A DNA stretch of 64,000 nucleotides from Podarcis vaucheri (GCA_965113315.1 OZ220363.1), one strand, 5' to 3'. Positions 38,001 through 53,000 are shown, numbered from the stretch's first letter. Numbers and translations are program-made. Notes: generated by a model from the sequence alone, not told the origin.

Positions 38001-41000
38001 TTGCTATCTCTGCACAAATTTCAGCTGCTAGTTGCTTCTGTACAGGAACCGCGTCCAGCTGCTCTATCTGAATCCGCTTCAATACTCTGGCCTGCAATTC
38101 CTGAGCCTGGTGGAAAAGCAAAAGAGGCTTCCAATAGGAAATAATAATATCGGATGAAGTTTGGTGGATTTGGAGCAAGCTGTGCATTTTAAAAAGGACC
38201 AGTTCTCTAAATCAGTATTGTATGTGTCCTTGTCTTGATATGTGCAACATAAGAGTCGCAGAATTGTAGAGTTGGAAGGGACCACAAATAGTCCAACCCC
38301 CCTGCAATGCAGGAATCTTTTGCCCAACGTGGGGCTCGAACCCACAACCCTGAGATCAGGAGTCTCATGCTCCACCAACTGAGCTCAGAGGCCAAGTTAA
38401 CTCTTGTGCTTGACTGGTGGGAGCAAACAGCTGGTCCTTTGTTGCCTGACATACCTTAACAAATTGAACAGTCAAAGGTCTGTAAGTGGAAGGAAGTGAC
38501 TTTTGTAAGGGGTGGCAGGAGTTGTTTTAATGTCACTAATGTAAAATAGAGAGGGGAAAGTAGAAGTCACCAAACTCATGCAATAGGGGAATAATTCATT
38601 ATCACCATTGAAATGTTTTTTGTTCTGCTGGTACTACTCATTGGGTGACCTTGGGCCAGCCACTGCATCTACATCTAACTTTCCTTACAGGGTTGTTTGT
38701 GAGGTTTAAATGAAGAGGAGCAGACCATGTGCATCATCTTATTCCTTGGAGAGAAGGTACAATGCAAATGCAATAAAGAAGTACAATGGTACCTCAGGTT
38801 AAGTACTTAATTCGTTCCCGAGGTCCGTACTTAACCTGAAACTGTTCTTAACCTGAAGACCACTTTAGCTAATGGGGCCTCCTGCTACCGCCGCGTCGCT
38901 GGAGCACAATTTCTGTTCTCATCCTGAAGCAAAGTTCTTAACCTGAAGCCCTATTTCTGGGTAAGCGGAGTCTGTAACCTGAAGCGTATGTAACCCGAGG
39001 TACCACTGTAATAATAATATCAGACCTGGACCATTTTAAGCTTGATCTCCTCTATCGCTACCAGGTAACCAAGTATCTCTCTTCTGCTACCAAAGGCCTA
39101 ACACGCCAATATTGAATATTTCTTTACCTGTTGTAAGGAAACAACAGCATCGTCCGTCCTGTCCATTTTGCTGTACACCTTTGCCAGAAGAACATGGTAA
39201 CGCGTATCTTCCATCAGAGAGGACAAATCATTTACTGCAGAAACATAGAGATATATTTGATACAAAGTCTTGACAAATAGTGATCTCTTTATTTCTTAAA
39301 AAAATATGAAGCAAATAAGATGTACGTACCAGACTCATGATCCAAAACTTGCTGAAGGACTTTTACTGCTTTTTCATACTGGTTCAATTTCAGCAATAGC
39401 TCTGCCAGGTCGTAAGAAAGGAAATTCTGCTGCCCAGTTTTCAGAGCAGCTTCATAATAATTGATTGCCTAAAATAATAAATGAACAAACAAATAATCTG
39501 AAAGATCCTGTTTGACATTTCTGAAGGATCTCTGCAGGTGTCAGAAAGGAGAAGATTCCCTGACACTCAAATGGAAAATTACGCTTGCCATTTGAATATC
39601 TTAGCTGCCTTCAGACTATCTTAGCTAGTAAATCAATACTTTGCACAGATTAATAGCTAAATATAAAACTAAAGGCAAATTTCTTTTTGATACGTCCGTA
39701 TTTTGTTCTGGTCACAGCTCAATAATTCTTTATATGGATTATACATATGTTTAAAAAATCATACACAAACTTGAAAATAAAATATCGCAGAAGGAACCTG
39801 CAACAAGATATGACGTGCTTTGAATTAGGTCAGTGAACATTCTTAATCTAAGGGTTAAGAGTTTGCTGCACTGTCAGCCCCAGACCTCAGACCATGTGCA
39901 TGTGTGCCTGACTATGCATCCCCCATCCCAATTTCTCACCGCAAGGATCTTTTAAGTCTGTTTCTTAGCAACTTTAATAGCCTTTGGGTGACGGCTAATT
40001 TTGATTATATGAAGCACTTTTCTCTCTGATCCTGTGACCATCCCCAAAGCCCACAGTGCCCTTCACAGGCCAACAGTTTAAATTCTGCATGGAAAATGAA
40101 ACTGGGAATGGGAGTGGCAACACTGGAAAGATAAGGCATTGTCCTCCATCATGCATTGACAGCTCTCTCCATTCACGAAGCCAAATACCATAGGCACGCA
40201 GTAACACTTGGACACTTACGGGGGCATTTGGGCGTGTGTAATCCATATGTGGATATTTTTTATTTTCTTTTTCAGACAGATTTCCAGTGCATCAGAGAGG
40301 AGTCTTCTCCTTCCTCTCTCCGTCCTTCCTTTAACCCCCTCAAGTTGTTTGTTACTGTTGTTTGTTTTCATACAAACAATATTAACCTAAAAATTATTAT
40401 TTTTTAAACCTGCATTTCACTTTGACCCACAAAAACCACCCTCTTCTGGCTAGCTAGCGTCATTTCACTTTTGTACTGGTCAGCTGCTGCTACTAAAAAC
40501 TTGGGGAAGGAAGAGCTGGATGGAGGAAAGAGAGAGCTAGAAACTTCAGAGCAGAATATTTTAACATTCTTCATGCTGCTAATTATTTTTGTGTGTGCAC
40601 ATCGACATCCACAATCCTGGGCTCTTCTGGAGGGCAGGTTAAGTATTTCTGGAAATGTTACAGAAATGATTGTATCGGGATGCATGCAAGCCAATCTTCA
40701 CATACCTTTGTATACTTATGAGTCTTGACCAAGGCATTCCCAATTTTGCGAGCCAATGCTCCATCCTTTAGATTCAACTTCAAAGCCTGTTCATATATCA
40801 CAATGGCTTCTTCAGGCTAGGGTAAAGAAAAATAACAGTAAGGTCATGAGAAGCCCAAGCATGAATGATTGCAAGGCCTATTTATCTATATCTACCGTAT
40901 TTTACACCCTATAGGACGCACTTTTCCCCCTCCAAAAATGAAGGGGAAATGTGTGTGTGTCCTATGGGGCGAATACAGGCTTTCGCTGAAGCCTGGAGAG

Positions 41001-44000
41001 CGAGAGGTTCTCGCTCTCCAGGCTTCAGGAAGCTCTGCGCAACCCTCCGGAGCCCGGCGCCAAGCCGCGCTGGCCTCCGGAGGGTCACGCAGAGCTGCCT
41101 GCGCTCCCGGGCTCTGCGCAGCTCTGCGCGACCCTCCGGAGCCCGGCGCGGCTCCCTAGGCTTGCGGATAGCAGGCTGTTCTGGGGGCTGGGGTCGGGGG
41201 AAGCTCGGGCTTCCCCCGCGCCAGCCCCGTGCCTGGGGGGGAAATAATTTTTTTTCTTTATTCCCCCTCCCCAAAAAACCTAGGTGTGTCCTATAGGGCG
41301 GTGCGTCCTATGGGGCGAAAAATACGGTATATCTATATCTAGTATATCAATAGAGATACAACAAAACCAAACCAAATAATATTAATCAGAAGACAAGATT
41401 CCAGTGGGGAGTCTTGGGATAAGGCAAGGGCACAGAGCCAAGTGGGGAAACAAAACTCTGAAGAGCCTCATGGTGATCCCATTTGGTACATTCTCTTTCC
41501 ATTTTCCCTCTTGAGGGGCAGGCAGCCTTGTAAATAAACCCGTGAAAGTTACTATCCTGCAAGGAGGAAGTAACAGACAAAAAACTGCATTTCTGTGTTG
41601 GACACAGAGGAGAGGGGCTTCCCTCTAGTAACTTGCTTGGTTTTGTCAACTGCATGCAATTCCTGGTTACACATGTCTACCAATGTCAGCATGCGACAGC
41701 AGCCACACCCCAGGAAGCGGCTTCAGCTGGCTAGCTAAACCAGGTGAGAGCAGTCAATGGGTTTCAAACCCTCAGTGAGTTAGGGGCTTCCCCTGCATAC
41801 AAAGACAGGCTCCAACAGATTGAGCGGATGAGAACAAGTATGGGTTCAATGGTCAAGAAGGCAGTTTCCACACATGCTCTACAGCAGTCATAGGCAAACT
41901 CGGCCCTCCACGTGTTTTGGGACTACAACTCCCATCATCCCTAGCTAACATGACCAGTGGTCAGGGATGATGGGAGCTGTGGACCCAAAACATCTGGAGG
42001 GCCAAGTTTGCCTATGCCTACTCTAGGGGCAGATGGGGCTCGTCAACTTGGAAAGGTAGCCCATCAAGGAGAAGGAAAACTTTGATCCTAAACTTCCACA
42101 CCTTGCAGGTAAGAAAGGCTTCGGGAGTAAACCCAGAGGAAAAATCCGTACCCACTGCCTTGCAGGACATCTTCAGGAGAAGAAAGGCTAAGGAGTAACA
42201 CTACACAAATCCAAAATGGAGTCCCTAAGACTGTTGGATGGTGCCTTATATGCCTCTTTCTGGCAAGCTGGTGCCAAAGTATTGTTTTGATTTTCTTTGG
42301 ACCACATTGGCAAGGCTGAGAGGGGGGTGTCTTGTCATCTGGGCAGCCCAGGACCTCCATACACACTGCCCAGGCTTGCGCCCCAGAGGAGTCACTTCAG
42401 TGCTGCTAACACAGCAGTTTGACTTCACCTCCAGATGGGGCACTCCATTGTCTCTCATGACAAATGGATGCCAAAGACAACAGCAAAATGTCTACAAGGC
42501 TGGGGTCAGGGCTTGTGTAAGCCAGTACTTTTCACAACAGAGGTGCTCCTTCCCGAACTGAAACCTTCTAACCATAACCCCTAAAGCTACAAATGCTTAT
42601 ACCTCCTGGATATTCATATATGCATCACCAAGGAGAAGAAAGGTGTGAGAACTTGGAAGTTTCTCCACCAGGTCTCTGAAAATAAGAAGAAAGAAAATAA
42701 ATCATGTCAACAGTTGAATCTGTTTGCTACTAGTGCAGTAAGCCAACTTTCAATGGCCAGGTATTTCCCCCCCTTTTTTGTTTAATAGACTGGTGGCAAA
42801 TGTTTGCTTCCTTTGTCTTCAGACGTTTCGATTTAACAAGGACAGAGGAGGTGTTCCAGAGAAAGCAAATTAAGACGAACTGTTATCCTGGAAATCTTAG
42901 TTTTAAAGAAGACAGTGAAATCGGCTATCTGACGTGCTTTCTTGTTGATACCAGTGCTGTAACAGTTGTGCCATAGAACACATAGCTAACTAAAGAATGA
43001 TTCAGAAGAGCATCTTCATTCAAACAAAGGACTCCAAGAGAACAACTGGGATAATCATAACATCTGGAAAATTGAGTCTAGCATACTTACTGTAAGACTT
43101 TAAAAAAATTGAGGCAAGGGTTAGAAGGGGACACACTTTGGTTGGAAGAAGCAGATATCTGTGGGCTCTGAATACCTTCCCTAGGCACCGTAAGTACTAA
43201 AAAGGCACAATATTTTATTGACAACATTTTCCAAAGAAGCAAAACTGTACCATTCCAAAAGCAAATGGACACATCCTTGTTGCGGGGGGTTACAGGCTGA
43301 AACACAGTTGCCCTGTGACAGCTTCAACTGTAGAGTAGGGATGGGGAACCTGTGGCCCTTGGGATGCTTTTGAGCTCCAGCTCCCATCAGCCCCAGTGCC
43401 ACGGATGATGGGAGTTGTAGTCCAAACATACATAGAGAAGGGCACAGGCTGCTCACCTCTGCTGTAGAGAGAGCAAAACTGCAGGCATACAGGTGTATGT
43501 TTCTGATCAATGCTGCGGTGACTCCGAGCTGTTTTCCCGACGTGTATTTTTGTTTTAAAGAATATTTCAAAATGAATGGCTTTTTTGTACATCAATGTAC
43601 ATCTACGCACAGTACTTTTCAGTGAAGTGGTTTATTTCTTCAGGAAGAAACAGGCACCAAATGAACCTGGTACATAGTATTATTATTATTTTGGCAAACT
43701 AAGCTCTTACCTGTAACAGCTTGCGTATAGCTTCCTATCCTTCCTGTGCTCCAGATAGATCTCTGCCATTTTCTCTTTGACTTGAACAAAGTAAGTCTGC
43801 TCTGGGGTTATATTCCTGAGCATCGTCAAAGCCGCTTCCACGTCGCCTTGCGCAAGGGCTAGGTCTGCATTAGCAATCATAACTCTCAGCTCTTCCGGGG
43901 TGCCAGAAAATTCGTTGATAGCATCTTGGAGGACTTTAATGGCTTCGTGCTTCAAAAGAGACCATCGTTCTTGTTAAATCTCTGCCTAAATTGCCCCTGC

Positions 44001-47000
44001 AAAAACTGTGGCTTTCAAACTTTGTACTTTCACAGAGACCATTCCACATCAAGGCATTTGCCCAGGAACCCCTGTGCGCTGGGAAGGCGGCCATTGTGGC
44101 AGCGTTCTCCCCTCGCACCCCAGTGGCACACAACAGTTTACACAGAGCACCACTAGACTTACTGGACCTCACCATTGCCTTGTGTGAATTAAGTCGGTAC
44201 CCTAAAAAAGTACTTCCCTTGCAGGAAAGGGCAGTGGCAGTGAGCAAGCTCTAAAGAGATGGGGAACCCTCCAGAATAGGCGTGGGAAGCAGCATGTACA
44301 GAGGTACGGAGGAAATCTGAAAAAACATTTCCCCCTCTCCTTCCACAAATGGATGCAACCCATCATCTGTCACTGCCAGCAGGATGATCGCAAGCACTCT
44401 CTAAAAACTGTACTTCTGCTAACAGGTATCCAAAATTTGCAGACCACATCCAAAGGATATGTACCAGTTTTACGTATGAAACAGAATCTCGTCATACCTG
44501 TTCGCCATTCAACCGATGAGCATCTACTAGTTCCAGATAGACGGACACACGATCGCTCCCGTCAATTTCAATCCTCTTTGTTTTTGACTTTGAGGAAGGT
44601 GCGGCGGCTCTCATTCCAGGCAAGTTCATTGCCATCTGCAGAGTTTTAACAGCTTCTGCTATTTCCCCCATCTTTATTTGGGCTCGAGCTTTTATTAAGT
44701 GGTACACAGGATGCTCTCTGACCTAATGAAGAGTACATAATCAGCATCTATGTCCCATACAGTCTTCCAAGAAGAAAAGAAAAAACCCTAACCATCTAGT
44801 ATGTTAAATCATACTTATATTAGTGGGATAATTATGTACCGTATTTTTCGCCCCATAGGACGCACTTTTCCCCTCCAAAAATGAAGGGGAAATGTGTGTG
44901 CGTCCTATGCGGCGAATGCAGGCTTTTGCTGAAGCCTGGAGAGCAAGAGGGGTCGGTGCGCACCAGGTCACTCTCCAGGCTTCGGCAGATCTCCGGGCTC
45001 CCATGGCTTGCGGAGAGTTGCCTGCATGCCGAAGCCTGGGCGTGCTGAGCTTAGCGCGCCCAGACTTCGCGCAGCTCTCCGTAAGGCGTGGGAGCACTGC
45101 GCTGGGCTCCTGCGGCTTGCGGAGAGTTGCCTGTTCTGGGGGCTGGGGTCGGGGGAAGCTAAATTTTTCCCCTTTATTTCCCCCCAAAAAAACTAGGTGC
45201 GCCTTATGGGACGGTGCGTCCTATAGGGCGAAAAATACGGTACATTGTTTTGAGCGATTTACAAAAGTAATCTAGAATTACTAAGCTTTAGTACAGGACA
45301 ACAGGAGTGGCTCTCTCCTGCTTTTAAAGCAACTACGTCCTACTCAGGTTGATCCTACCTCCATTTGCTCAAGAGTGGCCCATAACATTCAAAATATCTC
45401 AAAATCCTATTTTTCCCCTTCTTTTACTTATATCCCACCTTTCCTTCAGGGAGCTGAGGATACGGGGAGATCCTAGAGACACTGATCCAATGAAAACCTG
45501 CTTAGCTTTCAGCAAGGTTGCTCTGTCGCAGCTCCAGCCAACGTAGCAGTTCGAAAGCACGCCAATGCGAATAAATAGCTGCCGCTGCGGCAGGAAGGTA
45601 AACGACGTTTCCGTGCGCTCTGGTTTCCATCACAGTGTTCCATTGCGCCAGAAGCCGTTTAGTCATGCTGGCCATGTGACCCGGAAAGCTGTCTGTGGAC
45701 AAACACCAGCTCCCTCGGCCTGAAAGTGAGATGAGCAGCACAACCCCATGGTCGCCTTTGACTGGACTTAACTATCCAGGGGTCCTTTACCTTTTATAAA
45801 TAATTTATTTATTTTTCCTATTAACTTTTGCCCTATCACCAGCCAGAGGAGTGATGACCTCTGACTGCATTCACATGGTAACATTTCGTCTTAAGATGAA
45901 TGAGCCTATGCACTCCCTCTGCACAAAACGAGCAGACAAACTAGTAAGCCAGTTAGCAGTAGTTTCCTGTTTCACTTAATCCCAACGTTTCCAAAAGGGG
46001 TCTAAAGTTAATTCATGGGGCTTGCAAGAATATGAAGATAAAAGGAAAAAGCCTAGCAAATTTATACTGCCGGGGCTTTGGGGCTGCAACCACAGTAAGG
46101 TTTCTGTCATACAGCAGGCAGAAAAAAAACCACGAAGCTGAGTCAACTCCTAAGCCTGAAACCCTGCACTGACTTTTGATATTGCCGATTTCAACTAAGA
46201 GCTCTTTGTTAAATAGTGAAATGCATATGTTTCCTTGTTATGTGACGGTTATTTATGTCCTGACAATTTATCCATGGGCAAAAAAAGTAATAATAATACT
46301 GGCAGCAAATTAAAATGCCAATCAAGCATGGAAGTAAAATAAAGAGCTTCAGTATGCTGGGCTAGATTTTCCAATCAAGTGTACCTCAAAGTTATAGCTT
46401 AGGCAGAGTTCCAGAGACTGAGAACAGAGTTTGAAGTTGTTTTGCAACAAATGCACTTGAGCCATAAGGAGATGGGCATCTGCGTGTGATGGATTCTGTT
46501 CTATGCAGTGCTGCAAGATGCTCTGGGATGCTTCAGTGTTACCTAATCAGATGAAGCAAACAAAACAACGAAGTGGAGAAACAAATTCAATATGCTGACA
46601 AGCTGCCTTAGGATTGCATTTGCAAGACAGGTTCGTTTCCACTGATTATACCTCCTTCCGTCCCAGCACTATTTATTAAACAGTTACATTTTTAAAAAAT
46701 ATTCCAACAACTAAAGAAGCAATGAAATCACTTGCTGTAAGAAAGAGAGCACACCAGTCACCAGCTGCAAGTTACATCTCGGCTATTACAGTGCTTTATG
46801 AATCACATAGTACAGTTTCAAATTACAAAACATGCTTCGACAATTTCTTCTATTTGCAAGGTTCAAGGTGCAGGTGCCACTGCTTTACACAGTCTAAATA
46901 GCACAATATGAGGGAGGTAGCAACAGGCTAGGGAACTGTTTAAGGATGGGGTGGGAACACCAAAACACCCCAATGCAGACCAAGGATACTAACGGATATT

Positions 47001-50000
47001 GTGGGGTGGAGTGTGTAATCCTTAACAGAGGGCACTCCACGCTGCAGCTTTATTATTTATTTATTTTTGCAAGTGCTACTGACGTAATATTTGCATTGGT
47101 TCAAACTCGAGAGATTTACCTGCCAAATATTTCACCTTTGCGACTAAATAGGCAGCTTGCAGGAGACCAGGAACAGTTTTAACCACAGTTTCAAGGACGG
47201 ACGCACAAGGCTTGAGAAGCGGGGAAGGAGGCTGTCCTCGACCTGGAGGCTTGAGATAAACAAACGGTACTTTGATATATTACATCGAGAAAGCGGAAGG
47301 GTTTTTTTCTTTAAAGGGAGGGGGAAAATCCCAATGAAATGTATATCTGAGCTGAGGTAAAAATTCTGAGTGTATTTTCAACAGGCAGTTTTCTAGATCT
47401 TTTCCAGAACGAAGCACCTGTGCTTTCTGAGGCAAGGCTGACTTACAGCCACACAGGCTGTGTGCTGAGGCCGCTCCATGAATCCACACAGCACTCTGCC
47501 TCTGGCATGCTGGCCTGACTCAGGGGGAAGGCCTGCAAGCTCTTGCAGGCCAACAAGAGGGCAGAGAGGCATAATGAGAGTTGGTTCTGAACGTGGACGT
47601 AAACTCCTACGGGAACAAATCTTCAGTTTCCTCTTCCAGGAAGAAAAAACTTGGAGGGGGAGGGAGGGAGGGAGGAACCCAACTAGTACAGATATAGTTA
47701 GGGGTCGGATTCTACTAATATTTCAAAGTCTTCTCACAGCAAAGCCCCAAACCTACTTTGTCATCCTCACTCAAGCTCAAGAAGAGTCCTCAAAACATGT
47801 GGCAAACCTGTGTCCTTCCAGATGTTATTGGATTTCGACTTCCACCAACCTCAGCCAGCATAGTCAATGGTCATGGGTGATGGGAGTGGGGCCCAACAAA
47901 CATCTGTAGGGCTACCTAAAGGAATGTCTCCACTCCTGTCGTTCAGCTCAGAGACTGAGGTCCAGCTCCGAGGGCCTTCTGGCAGTTCCCTCAAAGCGAG
48001 AATGAAGTTACAGGCGCCCAGGTAGAGGGCCTTCTCAGTAGTGATGCCCGCCCTGTGGAATGCCCTCCCGTCAGATGTCAAAGAAATAAACAACTATTTG
48101 ACTTTTAGAAGACATCTGATGGCAGCCCTGTATTGAAAGGTTTTTAACGTTTGATGCTTAATTATGTTTTTATATGTATTGGAAGCGTCCAGAGTGGCTG
48201 GGGCAACCTGTTCTGATGGGAGGGGTATAAATAATAACATTATTACTGTTTCTATTATTATTGTTTCCCCATCCCAGATTTAAAAACAAAACAATCAGCT
48301 CTTTAAGCAGATGACCAGGATCAACCAGAATCTTTCACATATTCGCCACATCCACCAATGACACAACGTAGCGCACCTAATTTGTGTCATGACAATGTTC
48401 TGGACTTTTTTACAAGGAAAACAAAAATACTTTAGCAGTTACTCCGCTATTAATTATTGCTCAGTCCTTATAATGGACAGTGCTCAGAATCTTGGCGATT
48501 CATCCTAATTGTCTTTGCTTCAACCTGAAACCTTCTTTTGAGCACAAAGCATAATAATAAATGGTTGTTGTTTTAGGAGGACAAAAATCCTAGCTACTTA
48601 CCTGCGTTGGGCAAAAGCTAAGATACTCCTTAATAATCTCTATCAAAAAGTCAGGGTTTAATTTTTCGAAATATTCTACACCAAGAGGTAAGCCTTGCAG
48701 TGAGGAAAAATGGGTATCAAGCACATCGTTCAATAAAGTAATAACTTCCTCTTGTCTTTTGTTTTTCTTCATAGCCAACACTGCACGCAAGTAAGATAAT
48801 TCCTACAAAACAAATAGAAAATTACATGGGAAAATCTATAATTAAATCTGTCATGATTCACCTAGCACTGGTCACCACTGGTAACTAGAAATTGCCCTCT
48901 GGCACCCAGATGCCCTGATTTGCAGCACATTTCCTGGCATGTATCTAGTTCTTAATAATAATAAAAACCCACTGGACATTTTTCACTCAGTGAACTCTTG
49001 TGAATGAACAGGCTTGTAGTTTGGTTCCAGAAACTGCCTGTGTTGCTTAGCAACTAATTGTATCATTCTCTCTCTCCCCCCCCCCCCGATAAATTAAGAC
49101 CTCTAAATTAAGACAGCAGGTTAGCAGATTGTGCCTGTTGAGCACAGTCTCTGGTCACTTCCAAACGACCTGTTTCTTGAGCTGATTTCTTAGTACAGTT
49201 TGCAGGGAGGCTAGATGACATTGGCTATTTACTGAGCATTCATTAAGATTCATTTGCGAGGAGGAAGAGGAGGAGGTGTCAACTGTCACCAGGTCTCGGG
49301 CAGGGGAGTTTGTTGCACAAAAGCAATTTGAACTTGCCACTATGTGACTGATTGCCTCCCCAAATCCGTGACAGTCAGGAAGACACCGTTTGTTTTTGGA
49401 AGGGAGTGGTTTTCCATTTATCTTTTCCTTCCCTCAATGCAGCCATTATGTAAGTCGCACGAAGGCTTTGGTATCAAGGACATTAAAAAAAAAAGTATTA
49501 TATCCCAGATATGATTTTCCCATAGGCTCAAGGGTATTTCAGTCTGGTTCTTCCATTGCTGAGCTATCACTCATTGTGCTACAGTCAGTAAGAAGCCTAC
49601 TAGTTCTCTGTGGTGCAGGGTGGAGCTTAAGTCTATGTCCAAAGATAGCAGGGCAAAGGCAGGATTTGGAGGAAGGGTTTGGCCTTTCATTGCGGATATA
49701 ATGGAGAAAACAAACACCATTCAGTGTATTGCAGGATAAGTGTTTAATGGTTATTGTATTTGCTTAAAAACCAATAAAAATGTGTATTAATTTTTTTTAT
49801 TGTTATCATCATCATCTGTTTGGGTAAGCAACAGAAGTCAAAGCAACACAAAGGGGAAACAGGTTAGAAATTACTTTTGTACAGAGTTTGAGGGAAACTG
49901 TAGACTGATTACGACGGCCAGTTCTATCAGGCTCCTTCCTTCCTCGAATGTCACCTAGCAGTAGCCATTCAATCAGGCTGCAGCTGAGAGAAATGGGAAG

Positions 50001-53000
50001 CAGGGTAACTGAAGCAACATTGGCTCCTCCTCTCTTTTAACTCTCCATCTAAGAGCTCTGTAACTAAGAAATAGTGCCAGAGTTTGCTCCCCCACCCCTT
50101 TTGTGGCACTCACGTTTTCTAGATTGCAAATCTGAGGGCAGGGACTGTCTCATTATGGATCTTTGTTAGCCACTCTGGGAGTAAAAATGCTTCAAAAATG
50201 TATTACCTCGTTTGCACACATTTGGATTCCTTGCCTTGAAACCCAAGAATTGGACATTGCAAGGAGCAGAAAAGCAAGACCGGAGCCCTCTGTCAAGAAT
50301 TCTCTGCCCACATAAATATTCTAGCCTCCTCAGTGAGGTTAGAATCAAAGCACTTATGGAAAGAATCGTTCTCTTACTGCTGATTTCCCGATAGACTGTT
50401 GGATTTCGTTCAGGAACTCCAACTGCTGCTCAACATCGTCTAGCTTCCCTTCCATTAGCTGGCTCCGGATAATTCCTGTAATGCAAAGTCATCCCATTTC
50501 AGCACTGCCCCTACAAAGAGCCTTCAGTGTTTAGAATTCCTTTTTCATTAAACCAGGCTTCAAAGTCTATAGGAACATAAGAGAGGCTCAAAAACGAGGA
50601 GAGGCAATAAGCTGATGAGAAAGCAAATCACACTAAAAAAGTCAATCACCCAGATTACTTGCAGTGATAAAATTATTCGGGGGGGGGGCGGGGAGGAGAG
50701 AGGAATCAGCTTTGCAAGCTCTTGAAAACTCAAACCTGTTTTTAAGCCATACCAGTTAGTGCGGGAACGCTTGTTTCGTCAAGAGCCATGGCAGTCTTGT
50801 ACCATTTTAAGGCCTCCTTCGTTTTCCCCTGCAAAATCATCTGGTAGCCAAGTTCTGTAGCGATATCTGCATTGTGGGGGTCTAAGCTGAAAGCTCGTTC
50901 CACCAAAGTCTGAGTCTGATGAAGAATCAGTGGGTTGCAGCCACACTATAATCAAGAACAGTTTCCAACATGAACACTTTAGCAGATTTAAAATCCTCCA
51001 CTTCACTATTTTCTTTTTAAAGCTTTAGAAACAGTCGCTAAATGTCAAAATAAAAATTTGCAAAAAATTGTATGAAAGGGCGGTGGTTTGTTTGGGTGGC
51101 ATGAAACACCGGTATGAACACAACTTACACAATCACCTGAAGAACGTCCCTTGCATTACTAACTGCAATTGAATGCACAGAGTAAAAACCCAGTTCCTCC
51201 GCTCTGCTCATGCTGCAGTGCACCACTGAATTCAGAAAAGCGGCCAATGCACATGATTACACAACTTATGGCAGCTACTTTCCTCCCTCTCTAACCCCTG
51301 ACAGCTCCCAGCTCAGGGCAAAACACATCAGTTCGTGAATTTGCCATGAGCACAACCTCCACTTATATGCCACCACTCGGCTCAATTCTATTTATTTTTT
51401 GCTCAGGGTGAATGAGTCAAGCAATCCATTTGTCACAAGAAGACAGCCGCCACAGACAAAGTCCTTGCGGCGGGCGGGAGGGGGGAGGGAGCCACCACAA
51501 CAAACAAGGGGCCTTTGGAGTGGGGAGGAACAACCAACAGATTAACCAGTGCTCATTTCCCATCATAATCAAAATGCACTATATACTATAAAGAAAGATT
51601 CCAAGTGAACGCTTAACCTTCCATTCTGAAACAGAAACAGCTGTGCATCTCTTAGAGCACTTTGGTGCACAGCTAAACAAGCCTAGAGCCTACTAAAAAG
51701 ATTCAGACACATCTGTGTACAGGGTTATTTAGGCCTGATAGGTACCAATCCTAACCCAACATATACAGGGGCTTCCCATTTTAATGAAGGGAAAATTACC
51801 AGCTCACGGCGAAAGGATCACAATCAATGTCTTCGATGTTACTTTCCAAAATAAATGCCCACTTACGGTTCTGCTGAACACCAATGCCGTCTTGCAAAAG
51901 AGCTGGGGGTTATGAGGTTCCAACTTATCCAATGCACTAATCAAATCTTCCAACTTTGAGGAAGCCTGAGGAAGGGCAAATGAACACCGGTCTTGGTATG
52001 GGGATAAAATGGGGAGGGAAATCTGTGGGTTTTGAACAGCTGAGCCCCATAAAATTATTTTATATGGAGCTGCAATGTGTTCTCATGCCAACAGCCACAT
52101 TTTACACAAACCCACTCCGAAAGCATTGCAGCAGTGCAATGTATGCTAACCTGAGTACTGTAATATACAAATGCATACTTAATGGCATTCCACTTAATGG
52201 CAAGAGAAGAAAACATACTCTTAAATAAATGCCTAAGAGCTAAATGAGGCAAACACACTCCATCTTTCACGGTACGGTGGTCCCTCAGGTTACAGACGCT
52301 TCAGGTTACAGACTCCACTAACCCAGAAATAGTACCTTGGGTTAAGAACTTTGCTTCAGGATGAGAACAGAAATTGCGCAGTGGCAGTGGGAGGCCCCAT
52401 TAGCTAAAGTGGTACCTGAGGTTAAGAATAGTTTCAGGTTAAGAACGAACCTCCAGAACGAAATAAGTTCTTAACCCGAGGTACCACTGTACTTTATACG
52501 TGAGTTTAGACTAGAGCCTTGCAGAAGTCCTTTGTGAAATCAAATGTTTACCATCAGGAGAAAAGAATATTTTGTGTCCGGTCTAGCAAACATGTCTTAA
52601 TTGGGCAGCATAGGCTAAGCTTTGGATGGCTGCATTCCAATTACCACAATCAAAAGGAATCCTTCTCTGAAGCAACCACATACAACTAATATATGGCTAC
52701 AACCTTCCAGAGAATAATGTACTGGAAAAGCTGCCCTGCAAACAGATTTTAAAAGATATATTTTCCTCAAGTTAAGTAAAGTACATTAATTTTTTATTTT
52801 ATTTTTTTAGCAATTATCCATCTCTTGTTTTGCAAAACAAAAACTGTTTTCTGTCTTGAAGCTATAAAAAGCTGGACTCAACAGTCAAAATGTATTATTG
52901 CTACAATCTCCATTGACTTTTCTAGAACGGGAGTCGTCTTTTAAGCGTTCCTTGTGTGGTTTTAGAATTAACCTTTCCAAGACTACACTGAATTTACTAT

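Noticed and set aside
42810-42835. Additional hammerhead-like CGAAACGTC motif on the - strand
   Set aside because: No correctly placed upstream CUGANGA core or helix II
46543-48601. Apparent missing TTC21B/GALNT3 exons (absent from the ORF track), suggesting pseudogenisation
   Set aside because: Manual reading recovers all exons (e.g. 47120-47249) in the correct phase with no stops
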